42,614 nt of DNA, from sequence record SRR31156797_3011; one strand, 5' to 3'. This document shows, in pieces, positions 10,069 through 21,072 of the stretch (positions within the stretch are counted from its first letter, which is position 1; every line of letters starts with the position of its first letter). Both the position numbers and the translations under genes were made by a program. The notes under the pieces are model-generated. The model worked only from the letters and a program-made list of their open reading frames with translations. It did not search any database and was not told the DNA's origin.

Positions 10069-11319
10069 GTGAAAAAAACGGTCAAAGTATTAGCAGCACT
10101 GCTAGTTCTTCTTATGGCAGTAGGCGTATTCGCAGGCTGTGCAAAAGAGGAAGAAAGCGTAGTAATCTACCAGAACAAAGTAGAGATTCACGAGCAACTA
10201 TCAGCATTTGCAGCATTGTATGAAGAGGAAACAGGCGTGAAAGTGGAAGTTAAAACAGCAGGTGGTGACACACCATATGCTGAGAACCTGAAAGCTGAGT
10301 TTCAGTCAGATCGTCAGCCTGACATCTTTGTAATTGAAGGTATGGGCGGTTACAATACATGGCAGGATAAACTGGCTACATTTGAAAATGAAGAGTGGAT
10401 GGATGTAACTAGTTTGGAATTTGTAGTTGACGGAAATACATATGGTTTCCCAGTAGCTGTTGAAGCATGGGGTATTGGATATAATGCTGAAATGTTGGAA
10501 AAAGCAGGCGTAGATCCAGCATCATTAACAACACTTGACGCATATAAAGAAGCATTTGAAAAAATTGATTCAATGAAAGACGAACTAGGAATTGATTCTG
10601 TAATTGCTATGGCTGCTGGTCCAGATATATACTGGGTAACTGGATTACACAATTTCAACGGATATTTATCAGCAGGCTTACCATACGGTGATACAACTGT
10701 ATTAGACAAATTGAATGCCGGCGAAGTAGACATGGAAAGATTGACAGAATATGCTGACTGGGTAGAACTATTATTCCAATATGCTGACCCAACAGTATTA
10801 ACAACAGGTAACTATGATGCACAGGTTGGTCAGTTTGGCAACCAAAAGGCAGCATTTGTACATCAAGGTAACTGGATTGATCCATGGTTAACTGAACAGG
10901 GTATTGACTTTGAAATGGGTTATGCTCCACACTGTTCAGTATCAGGTGAACACAATGCAATCTTTATTGGTGCTCCATCATACTATGTACTAAATAGTGA
11001 TAGTGAAAATCTAGAGGCAGCTAAAGCATTCCTAAATTATATGGCAATGAACACAAACGGACATGAGTACATGGTTAACGAAGCAAGCATGCTTCCTGCA
11101 TTCACAAATGTAACCTTGACTCCAGAAACACCATTGACATCATCAGTTGCTGACTGGCTAAAGGTTGAAAACGGTGCATATACATGGCTGCAAAATGACA
11201 TGCCTGATGGATTTGGCATGGGTACATTGGGTCCAATCTTTGAGAGCTTTGCAAAAGGCGACTTAACAAAAGATGAATTTATCACAAAAGTAGCTGAAGC
11301 TATTGAAAGCATAGCATAA
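10069..11319 (+). CDS. sugar ABC transporter substrate-binding lipoprotein (MsmE-like)
   Basis: GAGGAGG RBS + GTG start; lipobox FAGC; QPDIF, YGFPVAVEAWG, AAFVHQGNW. Confidence 0.92.
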   Translation: MKKTVKVLAALLVLLMAVGVFAGCAKEEESVVIYQNKVEIHEQLSAFAALYEEETGVKVEVKTAGGDTPYAENLKAEFQSDRQPDIFVIEGMGGYNTWQDKLATFENEEWMDVTSLEFVVDGNTYGFPVAVEAWGIGYNAEMLEKAGVDPASLTTLDAYKEAFEKIDSMKDELGIDSVIAMAAGPDIYWVTGLHNFNGYLSAGLPYGDTTVLDKLNAGEVDMERLTEYADWVELLFQYADPTVLTTGNYDAQVGQFGNQKAAFVHQGNWIDPWLTEQGIDFEMGYAPHCSVSGEHNAIFIGAPSYYVLNSDSENLEAAKAFLNYMAMNTNGHEYMVNEASMLPAFTNVTLTPETPLTSSVADWLKVENGAYTWLQNDMPDGFGMGTLGPIFESFAKGDLTKDEFITKVAEAIESIA

Positions 11320-11332
11320 ATTTTACTGCGGT

Positions 11333-11364
11333 GAAGGTGTAGGTCGCTGGATCTACACCTTTTT
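11333..11364 (+). terminator. hairpin with U-tract after the SBP gene (terminator or mRNA stabiliser)
   Basis: GAAGGTGTAGGTC-GCTG-GATCTACACCTTTTT. Confidence 0.75.
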
Positions 11365-11455
11365 CCATAAGCTAATAACTATAAGTTTGTAGTGTATAAG
11401 CAATTGTTTGTAAAAGTGTTCATAAACTGCAGACTAAAAAGAAGGAGAGAATATT

Positions 11456-12367
11456 ATGAATAGATATTCAAAGGACAAAACAGTATTTTGGCTATTTCTT
11501 CTTCCTGCTTTGCTAGCATTTCTTATTGTAGTAGTAATTCCGTTTTTTATGGGCATTTATTATTCTATGACGGACTGGACAGCAATTTCAGGCAGAGAGG
11601 TCAGCTGGGTTGGATTACAGAACTATGCTAACATGTGGGATGATGTCCAATTCAGATATTCATTTATGAGAACATTCATATTTACATTATTGAGTGTAGT
11701 AACAATAAACTTTGTTGCACTGTTTCTGGCATATCTGGTTACCAGAGAAATTAAATTTAGGAATTTTTTTCGTGCAGGTTTTTTCCTGCCTAACTTGATC
11801 GGTGGTCTGGTTCTTGGATATATATGGCAGTTTATATTCAAAAGTATTATTCCTCCGCTGGGAGGATTACTGGGAATAAAAGCTATGGAGGAGATGGTTA
11901 TTCTTGGTGATGCTACTCTAACACTTTTTGGACTGGTATTTGCATATACATGGCAGTATGCTGGCTATATTATGATGATTTATGTTGCAGCTATCTTAAA
12001 TGTTCCTAAATCATTAATAGAAGCAAGCGAAATTGACGGAGCTAATTTCTGGCAGAAGTTCAGGAATATTACCATTCCTATGATTGCACAGGCAATAACT
12101 ATAACATCATTTTTGACTTTGGTTAACTCCTTTAAGCAGTATGATATTATTGTTGCCTTGACTGGTGGCGGTCCTACAACAGTATATGGGGCAGCAAAGG
12201 ATGTTGTTAATTCTACTGAGCTTCTTGCAGTTCATATATATGAGGTAGCCTTTGTGTACAACGATATGGCAGGAGGCCAGGCAAAAGCAATTGTATTCTT
12301 CTTAGTATTATCAATAGTATCAATTGCTCAGGTTGTATATAATAAGAGAAGAGAGGTGGAATTATAA
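11456..12367 (+). CDS. sugar ABC transporter permease (MsmF/MalF-like)
   Basis: VGLQNY, FFLPNLIGGLVLGYIWQFIF, EASEIDGANFWQKFRNITIP. Confidence 0.93.
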   Translation: MNRYSKDKTVFWLFLLPALLAFLIVVVIPFFMGIYYSMTDWTAISGREVSWVGLQNYANMWDDVQFRYSFMRTFIFTLLSVVTINFVALFLAYLVTREIKFRNFFRAGFFLPNLIGGLVLGYIWQFIFKSIIPPLGGLLGIKAMEEMVILGDATLTLFGLVFAYTWQYAGYIMMIYVAAILNVPKSLIEASEIDGANFWQKFRNITIPMIAQAITITSFLTLVNSFKQYDIIVALTGGGPTTVYGAAKDVVNSTELLAVHIYEVAFVYNDMAGGQAKAIVFFLVLSIVSIAQVVYNKRREVEL

Positions 12368-13248
12368 TGACAGCAAAAGCTAATAATGCACCATTGAGAA
12401 AAAGAATTTCTGGTATAGTTGCGCTGATAATTGTAATCATCTGTTTTGCTGTTACTGTATTTCCATTTTTCATTGTTGTTATAAACTCCGCTAAATCTTC
12501 TATGGAAATAATTAATCAGCCAATTGCAATGCCTGCTCAATGGAGTCAGCTATTTAGAAACATTGCAGAAGTATGGTCCAGTAATACAGTACGCTATCCA
12601 GGTTCATTACTGTCTTCATTGGTAATTACAGTATTTTCATTGTTTTTAATTACAATATTTTCATCAATGGCAGCATGGGCACTGGTTCGCACAAAGACAA
12701 AGATGTCTGCATTTATATTTTTATTGTTTATCAGCGGACTAATCATTCCATTTCAGGTAGTAATGTTTCCATTAGTACAGCTTTTTAGTGCATCGTACAA
12801 GGTGTTGGGAATAAAAATGCTTCGAACTTATCATGGTATGATTTTGGCTTATATTGGATTTGGTGCACCGTTATCAGTATTCATGTTCCATGGCTTTATC
12901 AAGTCTATTCCATTGGAACTGGAGGAAGCAGCTACTATAGAGGGCTACAGTAGATGGAAAATTTATTTAAAGATTATTCTGCCTATTCTACAGCCAATAG
13001 TTGTTACAGTACTTATATTAAATGGTATTTGGATTTGGAATGACTTCCTTCTGCCTTCACTGATTCTGGGCATAGGCAATAGAATACAAACAATACCATT
13101 GGCGGTTCGTTTCTTTGCTGGTTCATTTGTAAAGAAGTGGGATTTGATAATGACAGCTGTTCTGATGGCAGCATTGCCAATTATTATCGGATTCTTATTC
13201 GGACAGAAATATATAATTTCAGGAATGGTATCAGGAGCTATCAAATAG
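12367..13248 (+). CDS. sugar ABC transporter permease (MsmG/MalG-like)
   Basis: IPFQVVMFPL, ELEEAATIEG, WIWNDFLLP, QKYIISGMVSGAIK; TAATG stop/start coupling with the upstream permease. Confidence 0.93.
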   Translation: MTAKANNAPLRKRISGIVALIIVIICFAVTVFPFFIVVINSAKSSMEIINQPIAMPAQWSQLFRNIAEVWSSNTVRYPGSLLSSLVITVFSLFLITIFSSMAAWALVRTKTKMSAFIFLLFISGLIIPFQVVMFPLVQLFSASYKVLGIKMLRTYHGMILAYIGFGAPLSVFMFHGFIKSIPLELEEAATIEGYSRWKIYLKIILPILQPIVVTVLILNGIWIWNDFLLPSLILGIGNRIQTIPLAVRFFAGSFVKKWDLIMTAVLMAALPIIIGFLFGQKYIISGMVSGAIK

Positions 13249-13357
13249 AAATATCAATTAATTTAAGGTTATAAGACTGCTGAAAGTAATATTAAGTGAT
13301 GGAAATATCGTTAATAGGATTTTCAGTAGTCTATATTTTACAATAAAGGTGTAAAAA

Positions 13358-15614
13358 ATGACTCAGCTAGACAATAATAAGCTATTAAATCAGGAAACCC
13401 TGCTCTCAACATCCAATGGATATGTGGGTATGAGGGCTAATTTTGAAGAGGGTTATTGTGATAATTTTAGGACGATTACAGGAACTTATATTAATGGATT
13501 CTATGATAACCATGATATCTGTTATGACGAAGATATGCTATGGCTTTCCAAATTCAGCACAGAAAATGGTTAATGTAAATAATGCTCAGGGGTTATGGAT
13601 TGATGTTGATGGCGATGTGTTTAATTGTTTTAGGGGACACCTTGTTGATATATACAGAAAACTAGATATAAAGAATGGATATGCAGTAAGAAAAGTAAAA
13701 TGGCAATCAAGAAAAGGACATAACTTTGAGATTGTATTTAAACGTATGGCATCGTTTACTCAGCTTGAATTAATAACTATTGAAGTTGAAATCAAGTCAA
13801 TAGATTTTAATGGTGATGTAAAAATCGTATCAAGGATTGATAGTCCGATACAAAATGATATTGATAATGATGATCCACGTGTTGGTGCAGGGCATCAAAT
13901 GCTGCTTGTTGATAATGTTAAGTCATTTGACAATATTCATATGATGACAAGCCATACAACTAATTCACATCTGTCAACGACAACTGCATGTTCATACAGT
14001 GAAAAGATGAAATTCGTTAACGAAAACCAGAATACAAAGGCAGTATTCTATAAGCAGATACGAACAGACGAAACAATTAGCATAGTTAAGTACATAGCTT
14101 ATACAGATAGTATTCGTCATGATGATATTGAGACATGTGCAGCAAAGATACTAAATGAAGCGGTTTCACATGGAGTAGAGTATTACTATAAAATGCAAAA
14201 AGAGTATTTAGACGATTTCTGGAAATACGCATATATAAATGTATATGGCGATGAAGATGTAGAATATGCTTTGAATTATAGTATGTATCAGCTCTTATCA
14301 TCAGCTGGAAAAGACGAATATAGCAATATCTGTGCGAAGGGACTAAGCGGAGGAGGATATGAGGGGCATTATTTCTGGGACACAGAGATTTACATGGTTC
14401 CTTTCTTTATGCTTACCAAACCAGATGTTGCAAAAAATCTGCTGAAATTCAGGTATAACGTACTGGATAAAGCGAAAATTAGAACTTTTGATATGGGTCA
14501 TACTAAGGGAGCGAAATTACCTTGGCGCACAATAAATGGTAATGAATGTTCTTCATATTTTCCAGCAGGCAGTGCACAGTATCATATTAACGCAGATGTA
14601 GCATATGCTAATATTCAGTACTATCTTTTTACAAAAGATATTGGTATGTTGAGTGAATTTGGCTATGAGGTAATATATGAAACAGCCAGGATTTGGCTTG
14701 AAGTCGGTAATTATAATAGCAAGGGGGCATTCTGTATAAACACAGTAACAGGTCCAGACGAATATACAGCTATTGTAAATAATAATTATTATACAAATTC
14801 TATGGCGAAATATCATCTAGAGTATGTAGTAAAACTTGGTGAAATACTTCAAACTGCAGATTACGCATCATATAAAAGCCTTAAAAATAAAATAGGAATT
14901 ACTGATAGTGAAATTGAAGATATGAAAAAGGCAGCAGATAATATGCTTTTGCCATTTGATGATAAACTTAATATCTATTTACAGGATGATTGCTTTTTAA
15001 ATAAGAAAGATTGGGATTTTGATAATACTCCTATAGACAAGTATCCGCTGCTTTTGAATTTTCATCCACTGCATCTATACAGACATAAGGTGCTCAAGCA
15101 GGCTGATACAATATTATCCTATATGCTTCTTGATAATGTAAAGGATGATATTATGATTGATTCCTATAATTATTACAAAGAAATAACAACCCATGACTCC
15201 AGCTTGTCTCCATGTGTCCATAGCGTAATGGCGTCTAGGATAGGGAATGTGGAGGAAGCGTATGATTATTTTATGAGTACAATCAGGTTGGATTTAGATG
15301 ATTTAAATAAAAATACAAAGGATGGATTGCATATTGCTAATGCTGGCGGTGCATATATGGCGATGGTTTATGGCTTTGGCGGTGTTCGGATAAAAGATAA
15401 TGGTCTGTATATTAACCCAATTAAACCAAAGCAGTGGAAAGGGTATAGCTTTAGCATAAACCTTGATGGACAGATATTAAGAATAGATGTATCAGATGAA
15501 ATAACAGTATCCTGCGAAAAACCTGCTGAAATATTTATATATAATAAATATTATAAACTGGACAATATATTGAAAATAGGCATAAAAGAAAGTGGACTAA
15601 AAAATGAAAATTAA
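13358..15614 (+). pseudogene. GH65 disaccharide phosphorylase (trehalose-phosphorylase-like), split by a +1 frameshift near 13525-13540
   Basis: ORF 13358-13573 carries the GH65 N-terminus (ETLLSTSNGYVGMRANFEEG...GTYINGFY). The overlapping frame continues YGFP... with GYEGHYFWDTEIY, WRTINGNECSSYFPAGSAQYHINAD, GPDEY, KQAD and HDSSLS. Confidence 0.85.
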
Positions 15615-17046
15615 AAATCAAGTAATGCTAATTACATATGCTAATGCATTGGGTAATGATTTAAAGGATTTAAAAACAGTTATCGATAAGTACTTTGATA
15701 ATGCTATTAGTGGTGTTCATATATTGCCGTTTTTTCCATCATCAGCAGACAGAGGATTTGCTCCAATTACCTATAGGGAAGTGGACAAGGATTTTGGTGA
15801 CTGGAGTGACATAGCTGAATTGGCAAAAGATAGGTACTTGATGTTTGACTTTATGGCTAATCATATTTCTCGGTCATCACATTATTTTAATGATTATATT
15901 AGGAAAAAGAATGATTCAGAATACGCAGGTTTATTCATTCCTTATAGTAGTTTTTGGCCTGAGGATGAACCAACTGCTGAGCAGATAGATTTGATATACA
16001 AAAGAAAAGCCAGAGCTCCATATATTGATATAACATTTGCTGACGGTACTAAGGATAAAATTTGGTGTACTTTTGATGAAGAGCAGATTGACTTGAATGT
16101 TACGACAGATACAACAAAGAGATTTTTTAAGGATAATCTAGAATTTTTATCCAGTAATAATGCAGCTATTATACGACTTGATGCATTTGCCTACGTAACG
16201 AAAAAAAAGAATACAAACTGCTTTTTTGTTGAACCTGAAGTATGGGAGAATCTGGAGTATATCGACAACATATTAAATACTTATGATGTTCAATTACTGC
16301 CTGAAATTCATGAGCACCATAGTATGCAGCTAAAAATAGCAGAAAGAGGATATTATGTATATGATTTTGCTCTGCCAATGCTTATACTTCATGCCTTGTA
16401 TTCAGGTAAAAAGCATAATTTGGTAAATTGGCTTAATATATGTCCACGTAAGCAGTTCACTACATTGGATACTCATGATGGAATTGGTATTGTAGATGTA
16501 CAGGGGCTAATGTCAGAGGAAGAGATTGAATTCACAAAAAACAAGATGTACTCTCAGGGTGCGAATGCGAAGAAAATATATAGCTCAGAAAAATACAATA
16601 ATCTTGATATATATCAGATTAACTGTACATACTATTCTGCTTTAGGAGATGATGATGATGCATATTTATTATCCAGAGCAATTCAATGCTTTGCTCCTGG
16701 AATACCTCAGGTGTATTATGTAGGACTATTGGCTGGCAAAAATGATATTGAGCTGGTCGAGAAAACAAAGACGGGAAGAGATATAAATCGTCATAATTAC
16801 ACACTCGAAGAAATTGATGAGGAAGTAAAAAGACCGATTGTACAGAAATTAAAACTATTATTTGAGTTCAGGAATGAACATCCTGCTTTTAATGGTGAAT
16901 TCGCTATATTAGATACTGAGTATGGTAACAAACTGAAATTAAGATGGGAAAATAATGGTGATTATGCAGTTCTTGAAGCAGACTTAATTGATAAAAAGAT
17001 TCATATCAATTATACTGATAATTATAAAACAAAAGTGTTGTTCTAA
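15604..17046 (+). CDS. gtfA: sucrose phosphorylase (GH13_18)
   Basis: MKIKNQVMLITY, GVHILPFFPSSADRGFAP, RLDAFAY (nucleophile), LPEIHE (acid/base), DTHDGIG. Specificity loops IYKRK and NLDIYQ are of the sucrose-phosphorylase type, not the GFDVHQ sucrose-6F-phosphate type. Confidence 0.9.
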   Translation: MKIKNQVMLITYANALGNDLKDLKTVIDKYFDNAISGVHILPFFPSSADRGFAPITYREVDKDFGDWSDIAELAKDRYLMFDFMANHISRSSHYFNDYIRKKNDSEYAGLFIPYSSFWPEDEPTAEQIDLIYKRKARAPYIDITFADGTKDKIWCTFDEEQIDLNVTTDTTKRFFKDNLEFLSSNNAAIIRLDAFAYVTKKKNTNCFFVEPEVWENLEYIDNILNTYDVQLLPEIHEHHSMQLKIAERGYYVYDFALPMLILHALYSGKKHNLVNWLNICPRKQFTTLDTHDGIGIVDVQGLMSEEEIEFTKNKMYSQGANAKKIYSSEKYNNLDIYQINCTYYSALGDDDDAYLLSRAIQCFAPGIPQVYYVGLLAGKNDIELVEKTKTGRDINRHNYTLEEIDEEVKRPIVQKLKLLFEFRNEHPAFNGEFAILDTEYGNKLKLRWENNGDYAVLEADLIDKKIHINYTDNYKTKVLF

Positions 17047-17112
17047 TATAAAAGAAATGAACGTCTATTTCTATAGTAATAATACTTAATAATAGAATAT
17101 AAGGAGTATCGG

Positions 17113-17988
17113 ATGCTTTTTGGAGCGATTGAAGCAGGAGGCACAAAATTCGTTTGTGCTGTTGCTGATGAAAATTTAAATATTATTGATAAAGTGAAAA
17201 TTGACACACTTGTACCACATTACACAATGGAGAAAACAAAGGAATTCTTTAGGAATCATGAGATTGTGTCTTTAGGGATTGGTACTTTTGGTCCAGTGGA
17301 TATTCATACAGAATCGAAAAAATATGGGACTATACTGAACACACCAAAACTTATGTGGAGAAATTTCAATATTATTAAATCTCTTAAGGAAGAGATAAAT
17401 GTACCAATCAGACTGGACACAGATGTAAATGCGGCCGCATTAGGTGAACTTAAGAGGGGGCATGGAGTAGGGAAGCGAAGTGTATTGTATATCACAATAG
17501 GCACAGGTGTAGGTGCAGGTTTAGCTATAGATGGAAAGACATTATATGGATTAACTCATCCAGAAATGGGACATATACTAGTTAGACAATTGGCAGAAGA
17601 TGAGTTTGAGGGTAATTGTCCGTCTCACAGAAATTGCTTGGAAGGACTTGTAGCTGGACCGGCGATTGAAAAACGTTATGGGGTTAAAGGAAATATGCTT
17701 TCTCCGGAACATGAAGTATGGGACTTTATTGCTGACTATTTAGGACAGGCACTAATGACGTATGCTTTGGTTTTATCACCGGAGATTATATTGATAGGCG
17801 GAGGAGTGAGTCAGCAGCAGCATTTATTTCCTAAGATTCGTAATGCATTTAAAAAGCATATGAATGGATATATACAAAATGATGTACTTGATGGGAATTT
17901 AAAAGACTATATTAAATATCCAAAAAATGGGCAGCAGGCAGGATTGTATGGTGCTTTTCAATTAGCATTTGATAATATTATTGATTGA
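17113..17988 (+). CDS. scrK: ROK-family fructokinase
   Basis: GAIEAGGTKFVCA, GIGTFGP, DTDVNAAALGE, HPEMGH, CPSHRNCLEG; directly follows sucrose phosphorylase. Confidence 0.88.
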   Translation: MLFGAIEAGGTKFVCAVADENLNIIDKVKIDTLVPHYTMEKTKEFFRNHEIVSLGIGTFGPVDIHTESKKYGTILNTPKLMWRNFNIIKSLKEEINVPIRLDTDVNAAALGELKRGHGVGKRSVLYITIGTGVGAGLAIDGKTLYGLTHPEMGHILVRQLAEDEFEGNCPSHRNCLEGLVAGPAIEKRYGVKGNMLSPEHEVWDFIADYLGQALMTYALVLSPEIILIGGGVSQQQHLFPKIRNAFKKHMNGYIQNDVLDGNLKDYIKYPKNGQQAGLYGAFQLAFDNIID

Positions 17989-18119
17989 TTCAAATATGTA
18001 TATAACGATTAGTTATACACTCATATAGAATTCCGACTAAATACAATTTAACATTCATATAATGACTTATCTGTCAGTTGTAAAATTGATGGTAAACTAA
18101 TATAAAAGAACTTTGACAG

Positions 18120-18148
18120 TTGAATGCTTCAAAAAATTTATGTAGAAT
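18120..18148 (+). promoter_or_regulatory. possible sigma-A promoter
   Basis: TTGAAT, 17 bp spacer, TAGAAT; a TGTTATAAT extended -10 also lies at 18192-18200. Confidence 0.45.
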
Positions 18149-18317
18149 GTAGAATAAGCTCGACTTGAGATATGATTAACCAGATAGATAATGTTATAAT
18201 ATCTTTTATGGATACAATACGAGATAATGATTAGGCTCTATCTATTATTAACGATTCTGTTAATATAATTAGAACATTGGTATGAAATAATCGTAATTGT
18301 AAACTTAGGGAGTTAAA

Positions 18318-19481
18318 ATGACAAATAAATTGCAAATGCCAAAATATAAATGCTCAATAGTTAATCTAGTATCATCAATTCTTAATCATTACGGTGTGAG
18401 TACAAAATATGATACTATTGATGAAGTTAGTAGGGAATTCGAGAAGAACTACAGTCATATTGTATTATTTGTGTTTGATGGTTTAGGATCTAAGTCTCTG
18501 AATTATCATCTAGATAATAATTCATGCCTGAGAAAACATATTAAGCAGGAGATTCAATCAGTATTTCCACCAACTACTACTGCAGCAATGACTAGCTATT
18601 ACACTGGAGAAGCTCCCTGTTATCATGGATGGCTAGGATGGTCTTTGTATTTTAGGCGCTATGGGACAATGATAGATGTTTTTACTAATGCAAACTCTTA
18701 TACTGGGGATTCAATGAAAACCCAAGGCATAGCGTATAAGGAACTTCCTTATACGAATATTTTTGAAAAAATTGATAGAATGAAACATGATAAACTTAAA
18801 ATTCATAGTATAATGCCTGAAGAAATCAAATTTCAAAGCAACCCCAATATTCATCACCCAGTTACAAGTTTGAATGATATTTTAGAGACACTTAAATCAA
18901 TTACTTCTGAAAAAGATGATTCATTTACTATGGCATATTGGGATGAGCTGGATGCAATTATGCATAAAAAAGGACCATATGATGATGAGGTTGGTGAAGA
19001 AATTGGACGGATTGACGATTTTGTAAAGTCTTTAAGTGGTGAACTTAACGATTCCTTAATTATTGTATGTGCAGATCATGGTCAAATTGAAATACATAAA
19101 GAATACTATATTGATGAAGATAATGAAATAGATGAAATGCTGGTAATTCCACCCTGTATTGAGCCTAGATGTGTAAGTTTTTTTGTTAAGGATGAGTTCA
19201 AAGAAGTCTTTAGGGATAGATTTAATGCTAAATATGGAGATGAGTTCAAACTATTTAGCAACACTGAGGTTAAAGATATGGGACTCTTTGGGAGAGACAG
19301 TTATAACAGGAAATTCAGCAACTTTGTAGGTGATTATATCGCTTGCGGAATTGGGAATAGTCTTTTAAGATATAAGACTATTGATGGAAGAAAAGGGAAC
19401 TCCTATAAAGGACATCATGCAGGATTAACTGAAGAAGAAATGTTAATACCGCTGATATTAATTAACAGTAATGAGAACTAA
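18318..19481 (+). CDS. alkaline-phosphatase-superfamily protein (type I phosphodiesterase/nucleotide pyrophosphatase-like)
   Basis: LFVFDGLG, SVFPPTTTAAMTS (Thr nucleophile), DAIMH, CADHGQ, GHHAGLTEEEMLIPL. Confidence 0.88.
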   Translation: MTNKLQMPKYKCSIVNLVSSILNHYGVSTKYDTIDEVSREFEKNYSHIVLFVFDGLGSKSLNYHLDNNSCLRKHIKQEIQSVFPPTTTAAMTSYYTGEAPCYHGWLGWSLYFRRYGTMIDVFTNANSYTGDSMKTQGIAYKELPYTNIFEKIDRMKHDKLKIHSIMPEEIKFQSNPNIHHPVTSLNDILETLKSITSEKDDSFTMAYWDELDAIMHKKGPYDDEVGEEIGRIDDFVKSLSGELNDSLIIVCADHGQIEIHKEYYIDEDNEIDEMLVIPPCIEPRCVSFFVKDEFKEVFRDRFNAKYGDEFKLFSNTEVKDMGLFGRDSYNRKFSNFVGDYIACGIGNSLLRYKTIDGRKGNSYKGHHAGLTEEEMLIPLILINSNEN

Positions 19482-19701
19482 CAATTATTGGTGTTTATTG
19501 TGGTTCATATACTAAAAAAGATGAAAAATCTCTTTGTATAAATATTATGCTTAATACAATAAATATAAATACCAAATTGACCTAAATATAGATGTTTTAT
19601 TAATAATAAATATATAAAACGTATAATGTATCAATAAGCAGATTTACCAAGTAAACGTCAAGTGCGTTTATAATATCTTTGTATTATAAAATGACTCATT
19701 A

Positions 19702-21072
19702 TTATTTGCTATTTATCAGATTTATGCCTGCATCGACTTCCTCATCTGATATTTTATGATTAGAATATCTAGCTTTTTCATATCCGTTCAAAAAAATTTC
19801 TTTATCACTTGTAAATTCATCGTGGGTGAGCAGTTCTCTTGCTGTAGTATTATTCTCAACAGGTTTGTTTTTGTCTTTTTCTTTTTGCAGTATAAATTTG
19901 TATATCAGCCGAACTTTTTGTCTATTATTTTTCAGATCTGAAAGTTTAGGTTTTGCTTTTAAGCGTTTTTTAAATTTATCAAACCGATTGCGTATAATTT
20001 CATTAAGTGTTGTTCTGTCAAACGTACTCTCCTCAGCATCGCTAAATTCAAGACGTGATGTATTTTCATCATTTCTATTTAAATAATTAAGTAGTGCTAC
20101 AAATGCTTTTTTCAACTTTTTAAATACTAAACGCAGTAAATAAAACAATAATATCACCGTTATTAATACACCAATTATAATTAGTATTTTCTCCATAATT
20201 TGCATAAATAATGATGTTTTTTTTGCTTCTCCTAGCAGACTAATGTCCATATTAACTTGCTGATCTAGGGTTTCCGTTGGTACTTCCTGTGCATTTGAAC
20301 CCGAGAATAGAAATACTATTATTTTTTTGATTATATTCATAATAAAAGCTTTAATGTGATCTATTGAAGATATTATTAGTACCAGTCCAATAAACAAAGC
20401 AGACATTGTGATATTGCCGTATAGTAAACCCTTTGAAAGTTTCCGATTTGTATTTGATATCCTCTTTACATTAATGATATTTAGCATAAATACTGAAATG
20501 ATTATCCAGATAATACCTGTCGTAATCATTATAGGCTTTAACTGCATGGAAGAGTCACATTTAAAAACATCTATTGAAAACAGGATTTGTACGATACAAA
20601 ATGAAACACATGATATTATAATAAGTGTATGAGATAACCCAATCTTTTCGGGTAATTTCATTCTGGAAAATGAAATAAGTGCAGTGACAAACTGCAGAAC
20701 TGAAAAAATAATAGTTAATAGTATACTATATGGCGATATAAAAAATGATAATGAAATAGCGACAAGTATAATTAAAAGTTTATATATGTTTTTCACGTGT
20801 TCAAGTAATATGGTTGTTCCCCATACTATTATCATTATTGCAAAAGACATAAATATGATAAAATGCATTTCATTAAAATATAAAAGTGGCGAAAAGATAA
20901 CAAGCTGTATACTGAGAGATATAACATATATAATGAATCCTGTCAGCAGTTTTACAAACTTACCTATTTTTCCTGGTATATAGTCTGTGCTTGAATACAT
21001 CTCATTATTTCTGCTTTTTCCGCTGCGATTGCTGCTGTCATAGGCATCATAATATTTTTTTGGATTACTCAT
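19702..21072 (-). CDS. multi-pass membrane protein with DUF4129-like C-terminus
   Basis: About 8 hydrophobic segments; C-terminal TAREL...YEKARYS; third gene of the MoxR/DUF58 operon. Confidence 0.7.
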   Translation of the reverse strand: MSNPKKYYDAYDSSNRSGKSRNNEMYSSTDYIPGKIGKFVKLLTGFIIYVISLSIQLVIFSPLLYFNEMHFIIFMSFAIMIIVWGTTILLEHVKNIYKLLIILVAISLSFFISPYSILLTIIFSVLQFVTALISFSRMKLPEKIGLSHTLIIISCVSFCIVQILFSIDVFKCDSSMQLKPIMITTGIIWIIISVFMLNIINVKRISNTNRKLSKGLLYGNITMSALFIGLVLIISSIDHIKAFIMNIIKKIIVFLFSGSNAQEVPTETLDQQVNMDISLLGEAKKTSLFMQIMEKILIIIGVLITVILLFYLLRLVFKKLKKAFVALLNYLNRNDENTSRLEFSDAEESTFDRTTLNEIIRNRFDKFKKRLKAKPKLSDLKNNRQKVRLIYKFILQKEKDKNKPVENNTTARELLTHDEFTSDKEIFLNGYEKARYSNHKISDEEVDAGINLINSK

